Source: an uncultured Candidatus Saccharibacteria bacterium
GTDB taxonomy: Bacteria; Patescibacteriota; UBA1384; XYA2-FULL-43-10; 1-14-0-10-43-13
Direction: 5' to 3'
Length of the DNA stretch: 64,000 nt
Assembly: GCA_964628585.1 (NCBI GenBank)
Contig: CAZVMH010000001.1
Span: 64,450 to 128,449 of the forward strand
Within the stretch, counting starts at the first letter, position 1; each line of letters opens with the position of its first letter. This document shows positions 58,011-64,000 of this stretch, one piece after another. A program made the position numbers and the translations under genes. The notes under the pieces are model-generated. The model ran no database searches. It was not told the origin of the DNA and saw nothing but the letters and a program-made list of their open reading frames with translations.

Positions 58011-59231
58011 ATGCTTAAAAAATTACTAAAAAATCCCGGTATTAAAGTATTCTGTCTACTTGTGGCGGCTGTTTTATGGTTATATGTTGTGGCTGGTCAG
58101 AATACAGTAGGCAAATATCCTGGCTCAATCAAGATAAAAGCGATTAATGTTCCTTCCGGTTATGAGGCAATTTACGATATTAAAAGCGTTGATATAAAAA
58201 TATTAGCTGAACCGAGCATTTGGAAGAAGCTCTCTGTTGATTCGTTTTCTGCCTATGTAGATCTTTCTGGTCGAACTGGGGGCACCTATGAAATTCCAGT
58301 TACAGTTAATTGCTCAGTAGTGGGCGTATCAATAGTACAAAAAGATCCAGATCAAATTATTGTAAGGTTAGAAGAACTTATTACCAAGGAAGTTGATATT
58401 CAACCGAAAATTGAAGGTTCGGCTGGAGAAGGATTGATTGCGGGGTCTGTTGCCTTAGAACCTAGCAGAACAACTATTCGTGGCCCAAGAAGCATTATCA
58501 ATAGTATCTCTGAGGCAAACGCAGTAATTAAGTTAAATGGCGAGAAAGATTCTTTTGAGCGCGTAACCACCATATCTGCATTTAATGAGAATGGAATATT
58601 AATAAAAATTATTGAGTTCGTACCTTCCGAAACAAAAGCAAAGGTATCAATTGTAAAGGGCTCCAATAACAAAACGGTGGGTATTAAGGTTGTGACGAGT
58701 GGCCAACCTAAAGCGGGCTTTTACGTTTCAAATATATCTGTTACTCCAAACACAGTTGATATTGTTGGTCAATCGAGTGTACTTTCTTCTACTACATACA
58801 TTGAAACTTCAATTATTGACATTAATCAGATGGAGAGCAACCTTGATAAAGAAGTTATCTTAAATGTAAAAAACGGCATAGCTCTTCAAACCGGATCTCC
58901 TACAAAAGTAAGGGTAAAAATTGTTCTAAGTAAGGCAAATGTTTCTAGGGAGATGACAGCAACAATTAATCCTCAAAATTTACCTGCTGGCTATAGTATT
59001 ACTGGATATAGTACGACTCAAGTTAAAGTGGTTTGTTTTGGTCCTAGCGACATCATCTCTGACCTAAGAGATACCGATGTAGTATTAAATTTAAATTTTA
59101 GTGGTAAAAATATTACTGAAAATAATACTACGATTAATTTTGATCTCGCTTCGACTAGCTTTAGTGTCCCAGAAAAGGTAAATGTTGGCACGTTTTTACC
59201 CTCTTCTCTCTCAGTTAATCTATCTAAATAA
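58011..59231 (+). CDS. cdaR: CdaR (YbbR-repeat) regulator
   Basis: N-terminal TM (K...LLVAAVLWLYV), repeated YbbR-like units, directly after cdaA. Confidence 0.85.
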   Translation: MLKKLLKNPGIKVFCLLVAAVLWLYVVAGQNTVGKYPGSIKIKAINVPSGYEAIYDIKSVDIKILAEPSIWKKLSVDSFSAYVDLSGRTGGTYEIPVTVNCSVVGVSIVQKDPDQIIVRLEELITKEVDIQPKIEGSAGEGLIAGSVALEPSRTTIRGPRSIINSISEANAVIKLNGEKDSFERVTTISAFNENGILIKIIEFVPSETKAKVSIVKGSNNKTVGIKVVTSGQPKAGFYVSNISVTPNTVDIVGQSSVLSSTTYIETSIIDINQMESNLDKEVILNVKNGIALQTGSPTKVRVKIVLSKANVSREMTATINPQNLPAGYSITGYSTTQVKVVCFGPSDIISDLRDTDVVLNLNFSGKNITENNTTINFDLASTSFSVPEKVNVGTFLPSSLSVNLSK

Positions 59232-59272
59232 TTATTATAGAGGCAGATAATTTTATAAAATCCCTTTTTGTA

Positions 59273-59301
59273 TTGACATGGTAAAAGCTACCCTGTAACA
59301 T
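59273..59301 (+). promoter_or_regulatory. Promoter of the LysM-CHAP gene
   Basis: TTGACA-17-TAACAT. Confidence 0.55.
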
Positions 59302-59337
59302 ATCTAATTGTGGCGCGATAAGGCATCACAAATTATT

Positions 59338-60441
59338 ATGGCATTATTTGACGAAATTGAACCTCCGTCGTCTCAAAATAGTGAGACGCACGAGAAAATA
59401 AAAAAATTATCCTCTAAAAAAAACAAATACCATTTTTACATAAATAGTAAATTATTCTCAGCTTTTGAGACATGGAATAAATTCGCAGAAACACTGAATA
59501 ATTTTTTTGTTGGACTCAAATTTGTTTTATCAAGCGGGAAATTCCTCCCCCACATTATTTTGCTTTTAATGGGAGCGATTGTTGGTGTAACGAATATTAC
59601 TCAAAAAAATGCAGCCAAGGCTTATTTTGAAGAAATTGTTACTGTTAATCCTAATATTAGCTTTGCTGTAAATGAAAGCGTCGCACAATATACTCCGATT
59701 ATTAAAAATAGCCAAAATATGCTTCGATCTTCATTGCTTGCCTCAAATATGTCAGATGGCTTTGTTGCCACTAATGCAACCGTTGCAACCGAACAAACTG
59801 CTACAGAAGAGCCAGCTGTTTTGGCTTCAAATGATCAGCAATCAGTTGACTATATTGTTCAAAACGGTGACACTTTAAGTGGTTTAGCCATGAAATATGA
59901 TGTAAAAGTTGCCTATTTGAAATATGTTAATAATCTCGATAATGAGAATTTGATTAAACCTGGTGTGAAACTAAAGATTCCATCAAAAGACTATTCTGTT
60001 TCATCTGCAGCAATTGCCAAAAAAGAAAAAGAGAGAAAGGCAAAGCTTGCCGCCGCTAATAGGAACACGACTACCAGAAGCGGAAGTACAATTACCGGGA
60101 GGGCTTCTTCTGTTAATCGAACTCCCGGTGCAAAAATTAATGGTTACCCCTACGGATGGTGCACATATTATGTTGCTACTCGAAGGTATGTCCCTTCAAG
60201 CTGGGGAAATGCCAGAAGTTGGCTCTCTTCTGCCAAAAGGGCGGGTTATGCCACTGGTAGCGAACCTGCTGCAGGTGCGATTGTAGTTACCTCTGAATCC
60301 GGCTGGGGCCATGTTGCCTATGTTGAAAGTGTAAATGGCGGAACTATTACGATCTCTGAAATGAACTACGAAGGTTGGGGAGTTACTTCTAGAAGAACAA
60401 TTTCAGCTAATGGAGGAGTTGTTCGTGGTTATGTTTATTAA
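59338..60441 (+). CDS. LysM + CHAP peptidoglycan hydrolase
   Basis: YIVQNGDTLSGLA LysM; YPYGWCTYY, WGNA..W, GHVAYVE, ISEMN. Confidence 0.92.
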   Translation: MALFDEIEPPSSQNSETHEKIKKLSSKKNKYHFYINSKLFSAFETWNKFAETLNNFFVGLKFVLSSGKFLPHIILLLMGAIVGVTNITQKNAAKAYFEEIVTVNPNISFAVNESVAQYTPIIKNSQNMLRSSLLASNMSDGFVATNATVATEQTATEEPAVLASNDQQSVDYIVQNGDTLSGLAMKYDVKVAYLKYVNNLDNENLIKPGVKLKIPSKDYSVSSAAIAKKEKERKAKLAAANRNTTTRSGSTITGRASSVNRTPGAKINGYPYGWCTYYVATRRYVPSSWGNARSWLSSAKRAGYATGSEPAAGAIVVTSESGWGHVAYVESVNGGTITISEMNYEGWGVTSRRTISANGGVVRGYVY

Positions 60442-60549
60442 GTAAATACCTTTCTTATTGCTATGTTAAAAATTGTTAAATGTATTATTGCCTAGCAATT
60501 TTTTTGTAAAACTATTGTATAATAAAATTAATTAACAAAGGAGCTATTA

Positions 60550-61305
60550 ATGGAAGATAAATTTCGCAAATTGCGTACAATGAACATCTGGGCCATGTTC
60601 TTGCATTTGATCTCAGGTATTTTGATGGTCGTGCTGTCAACCAACTTAAAAGTGCCTGTCACGGCCTCGTTCTTAAAATTTGATGCTTTGACTCAAACTC
60701 TTGTGCCAGAATTAAGTACACTGTTTTCAATTAAGCTCGGTTTACTTGTTTCATCATTTCTTTTTATGTCAGCAATTGCTCATTTTATGATCGCTTTTCC
60801 ATTTAACAAATTTTATAACAACAATCTTAAAAGTCACATCAACATTGCTCGTTGGATAGAATATGCATTTTCTTCATCGGTAATGATAGCGGTAATATCA
60901 TTATTGGTGGGGATTAGTGATATTGCAACTTTAATAGTTATCATGTTCTTAAACGCAATGATGATTTTGTTTGGCTGGATGATGGAGCTTCACAACCAAA
61001 CTACAGAGAAAACTAACTGGACATCCTTTATTTTTGGTTGTTTTGCTGGAATTGGCCCATGGATAGCCATTGCTATCTATCTTGCTAGCCCAGGGAGTAC
61101 TTCGAATCCTCCGACTTTTGTTTATTGGATCTTCTTTTCGATTTTTATCTTTTTCAATATTTTTGCCATCAATCAGGTTCTCCAATACAAAAAAGTCGGC
61201 AAGTGGAAGGATTACCTATATGGAGAGAGAGTATACATCATATTATCTCTTGTAGCCAAATCACTTCTTGCCTGGCAAGTTTTTGCTGGAACCTTGAGGC
61301 CATAA
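60550..61305 (+). CDS. Heliorhodopsin
   Basis: LHLISG, SAIAHF, RWIEYAFSSSVM, GERVYIILSLVAKSLLAWQVF (retinal-binding Lys). Confidence 0.95.
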   Translation: MEDKFRKLRTMNIWAMFLHLISGILMVVLSTNLKVPVTASFLKFDALTQTLVPELSTLFSIKLGLLVSSFLFMSAIAHFMIAFPFNKFYNNNLKSHINIARWIEYAFSSSVMIAVISLLVGISDIATLIVIMFLNAMMILFGWMMELHNQTTEKTNWTSFIFGCFAGIGPWIAIAIYLASPGSTSNPPTFVYWIFFSIFIFFNIFAINQVLQYKKVGKWKDYLYGERVYIILSLVAKSLLAWQVFAGTLRP

Positions 61306-61323
61306 CTCTACATAAAAGAAAAA

Positions 61324-61347
61324 GGGCTCCGGCCAGATCCGGGGCCC
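61324..61347. terminator. Terminator between convergent genes
   Basis: GGGCTCCGG-ccagat-CCGGGGCCC with an A-run on its left. Confidence 0.65.
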
Positions 61348-61348
61348 A

Positions 61349-61669
61349 CTAATCTTGGTTATACCAGGGGAGTTCTTTGCCGAAGACTCTTTCGCCGTCG
61401 GCGATCATACGGGCGCTTTTGCGCCTGATTTTCTCGTGCTCATCGACTCTTTGGCCGACCCACACGATCGAACCCTCAAGAAGCTCTCCTAGCAGGTTAT
61501 TCTGCTTGATAGTGTACTTGGCCATTGGGATAGCCAAGTACGTCCTGACCCTGCTGTTTCTGCAGCAATCCATGGTTGGGACTTCAAACCGAAATACCTG
61601 CCCTTTGGTAGTGCGAGCAGTGAACTGCTCCCACGTACCCGTAACGCTTCCTTTTCGCGGAGCAGACAT
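61349..61669 (-). CDS. Hypothetical protein (GC-richer single-gene insert)
   Basis: GGAG SD before MSAPRKG; terminator immediately downstream. Confidence 0.55.
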   Translation of the reverse strand: MSAPRKGSVTGTWEQFTARTTKGQVFRFEVPTMDCCRNSRVRTYLAIPMAKYTIKQNNLLGELLEGSIVWVGQRVDEHEKIRRKSARMIADGERVFGKELPWYNQD

Positions 61670-61801
61670 GCTCCTCACTCCCTTCATTTTTGATACATCA
61701 ACAATATCACAAAAATGACAAAAAGTCAATATATAGCCAACTATTTAACAATAATTCGTAAAGTGTTATGATTTTACTAAAGCAATAAAACAAGGATAAT
61801 T

Positions 61802-62302
61802 ATGGCAAGATATGAAGCAAAAACAGAAGAAAATAAATGCGTTTTCTGTGAGATTATAGCTGGAAGAATCTCAGCAAATATCTATTGGCAAGATGATGAA
61901 TTTCTGGCATTTTTATCAATTGATCCAAACACAGAGGGCTTCACTTGTGTCGTGCCAAAAAAACATTACAAGTCGGATGTAATGAAAATGTCAGATGACG
62001 TTCTAGGACGATTTATCGTTGCAAGTAAAAAAGTCTCAAAAGTTTTAGAAGATTATTTCGCTGATGTTGGCCGAGTAGGAGCGGTTATTGAAGGTCTTGG
62101 AATTGATCACGCACACATTAAACTTGTTCCAATGCACGGCACGGAATATTTAAAAAGAGGCGAATGGAAACAAAATTTGAGCGGAAAAGAGTTTTGGTTC
62201 CCAAAATATGAAGGCTGGATCTGTTCCGGAGGAGGGCCAAAAGCTGATGTCGAAAGCCTACAAAAACTAGGCGATGGGCTCAAAAAATTCCAGGAAAGTT
62301 AA
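61802..62302 (+). CDS. HIT family hydrolase
   Basis: CVFCEII, DHAHIKLVP (variant HxHxK triad). Confidence 0.85.
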   Translation: MARYEAKTEENKCVFCEIIAGRISANIYWQDDEFLAFLSIDPNTEGFTCVVPKKHYKSDVMKMSDDVLGRFIVASKKVSKVLEDYFADVGRVGAVIEGLGIDHAHIKLVPMHGTEYLKRGEWKQNLSGKEFWFPKYEGWICSGGGPKADVESLQKLGDGLKKFQES

Positions 62303-62417
62303 CGGCATGCCTGCCGGCGGGAAAGTTCAAAATAGACCGACAAAAAGATTTATTTTAATTCATATTAAATAATTGTTTTGGTAAATTAGTAATAAGAATC
62401 ATTAACGAAAGGTTTTT

Positions 62418-62627
62418 ATGATTATTGGACTATTTTTAATTATAATGGGCGTGCTTTGGGTTCTCACAAATGCAGGCGTTATCTCGGCCAATATGGAGGA
62501 TTTTATTTGGCCAATAGTTTTAATTGCTATTGGTGGTCAAATTCTTTTTGACCATTATCGCAAAGGCTCCAAAGTGGCCCCCTTCGGGGCCGGCAAAGAT
62601 TGTTGCAAACCTAAAGAAGATAAATAG
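62418..62627 (+). CDS. Small membrane protein (LiaF-TM/DUF5668-like)
   Basis: GLFLII.GVLW.L.N.G...IWPIVLIAIG. Confidence 0.7.
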   Translation: MIIGLFLIIMGVLWVLTNAGVISANMEDFIWPIVLIAIGGQILFDHYRKGSKVAPFGAGKDCCKPKEDK

Positions 62628-62630
62628 TAT

Positions 62631-63134
62631 ATGAAGCCATTTACGCCTCAGATTACAAAAATTAAAGATCGAAAAGTTGTCACTGTTACATCTCTTGGTG
62701 ATCCTAATACTGTAATGGAGCCGTTCATGAAGGCACTCTATGGTGCCGTCTATTGGGCTAAAATGAAGGTGTACAAACCAAAGGGCATTAAGATGGAGCT
62801 TGGCAAGCTTTCGGCTTTCTGGCCAGATGCTCACTTGAAGCCCAAAAGCGAGTGGACAGGCATTTGGGGCGTGCCGGTGCCAGATTATGTGACCGAAAAA
62901 GATATTACTCAGAAAGATCCAAAGATTAAAGCTAAAGTCGCAGTCTGGAAGGGTGGAGAGTGTGCTGAAGTTTTATACATCGGCACTTACGCAGACGAAG
63001 GCCCAACGATTCAAAAGTTGCATGAATTTATCAAAGAATCGGGTTACAAGATGACTGGTATGCACGAAGAAGAATATCTAACTAAACCCGGCCCAAAAGC
63101 CAAAACTATTATTCGGTACTTAATTAAGAAATAA
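62631..63134 (+). CDS. GyrI-like small-molecule-binding protein
   Basis: ALYG..Y, CAEVLYIGTYADEGPTI..LH.FI, HEEEYL..P..KTIIR. Confidence 0.85.
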   Translation: MKPFTPQITKIKDRKVVTVTSLGDPNTVMEPFMKALYGAVYWAKMKVYKPKGIKMELGKLSAFWPDAHLKPKSEWTGIWGVPVPDYVTEKDITQKDPKIKAKVAVWKGGECAEVLYIGTYADEGPTIQKLHEFIKESGYKMTGMHEEEYLTKPGPKAKTIIRYLIKK

Positions 63135-63143
63135 GAAGAAAAA

Positions 63144-63461
63144 ATGCCAAAAACAAAACTAGAGAAATGGGCAATGTGGCTTGGTCTTCTTCCTTTTTTT
63201 AGCGGGCCAATTTTAGGGATTTCAGCAGCTCTGGTTGTGCCATTAATTTCTCGAACAACTAGTGAAAAAGTCGCCTCGACGATTGGCTTTAGCCTTGGGA
63301 TAGGATTGATTGTTCTAACTATTACTGCCTTTGTTTTGAATATTCTCGTCTACCGTACAGGCAATCGTTCTTTGTCAATGTGGATTGGACTGATCCCCTC
63401 AATTTTGGCTCTACTTTTTTGGATATTTATGATTGTTGGTGAATTTGCCTTTCCGCACTAA
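63144..63461 (+). CDS. Three-TM membrane protein
   Basis: Three hydrophobic segments; ends GEFAFPH. Confidence 0.65.
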   Translation: MPKTKLEKWAMWLGLLPFFSGPILGISAALVVPLISRTTSEKVASTIGFSLGIGLIVLTITAFVLNILVYRTGNRSLSMWIGLIPSILALLFWIFMIVGEFAFPH

Positions 63462-63600
63462 ATAATAAATACCACTAGTTATTATCCTCGCGGTATTTAT
63501 TTAGAGCACCTATATCCAGATATAAAAACCGAACAAAACACGAACTTATCCACAAGCTCGGGCGTCTTGTAGCTTTGTGTATATGTGATATTATAAAACT

Positions 63601-64000
63601 ATGGAAAACAAAGCGATCGATACTCAAAAATTGGATGCACTGATTGATAAAAAAGCTGTTATAGGCGAAATACTCAAATCCCAAGACTTGCTTGGCACTT
63701 TTGGCCTTGCTGAATTTTTAGACACAGAAGACATCAAATACTTCGAGTCACTCGATATTTTCAAGGAGGGTGATAGCATTTATATTAATTGCCCCATTAC
63801 CAAGAAACCACGAATTGTCAAATCTTCTAAAAAAGGCTGTCCGGAAGAAATTATCAGACAACTTTATCTCATAAAATTAATAAAGCATTACGGTTATCCA
63901 GTTTCTAGAATCGAAATTGAGCGCCCTGTCACTTTTGGCAGAGAAAAAAGTAAAAGAGACGACATTGTTGTTTATCGAACCGATTCAAAAGAAGAAGAAT
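63601..64000 (+). CDS. Restriction-modification protein with an N-terminal HSDR_N-like nuclease domain (partial, runs off the window)
   Basis: ATG at 63601, frame open to the end; PEEIIRQLYL..L...YGYP..RIEIE..V.FGR.K..RDDIVVY. Confidence 0.7.
   Translation, partial: MENKAIDTQKLDALIDKKAVIGEILKSQDLLGTFGLAEFLDTEDIKYFESLDIFKEGDSIYINCPITKKPRIVKSSKKGCPEEIIRQLYLIKLIKHYGYPVSRIEIERPVTFGREKSKRDDIVVYRTDSKEEE

Noticed and set aside
210-63684. Numerous antisense and overlapping ORFs in the track (e.g. 210..581, 646..1083, 8932..9288, 13400..13840, 19000..19482, 35520..35847, 63475..63684)
   Set aside because: They are shadows of well-supported genes on the other strand or frame, with no motifs or initiation signals

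Overview
AT-rich bacterial chromosome segment. Gene style suggests Patescibacteria/CPR (inference from the short PheS and ValRS, domain-inserted IleRS, DUF4012, class F sortase, heliorhodopsin and few biosynthetic genes). About 1-14 kb is an accessory mosaic of alternating GC-richer and AT-rich blocks: a small Cys peptide/radical SAM-SPASM/MTAP operon, an ABC-F ATPase, a broken MFS-idi-Nudix chimera next to a ThiF enzyme, a possible small structured RNA, and a GC-rich four-gene operon. That operon (degenerate TyrRS-like fold, beta-propeller, SAM hydrolase/halogenase-family protein, intact TyrRS) is the best candidate for an undescribed system. About 14-47 kb is mostly core: sortase F plus a vWA substrate, an ABC exporter, ileS-cysS-trpS-valS, purF, an L,D-transpeptidase bracketed by a duplicated pheT 3' end, pheST, glycosyltransferases, gyrBA and infB. 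About 47.8-56.7 kb holds large surface proteins, including a Kelch/zincin protein followed by a helical-repeat partner. The window ends with cdaA-cdaR, LysM-CHAP, heliorhodopsin, HIT, GyrI-like and a partial restriction-modification gene. No rRNA, tRNA, CRISPR array, integrase or transposase was recognised. All family calls were made by eye from motifs; no searches were run.
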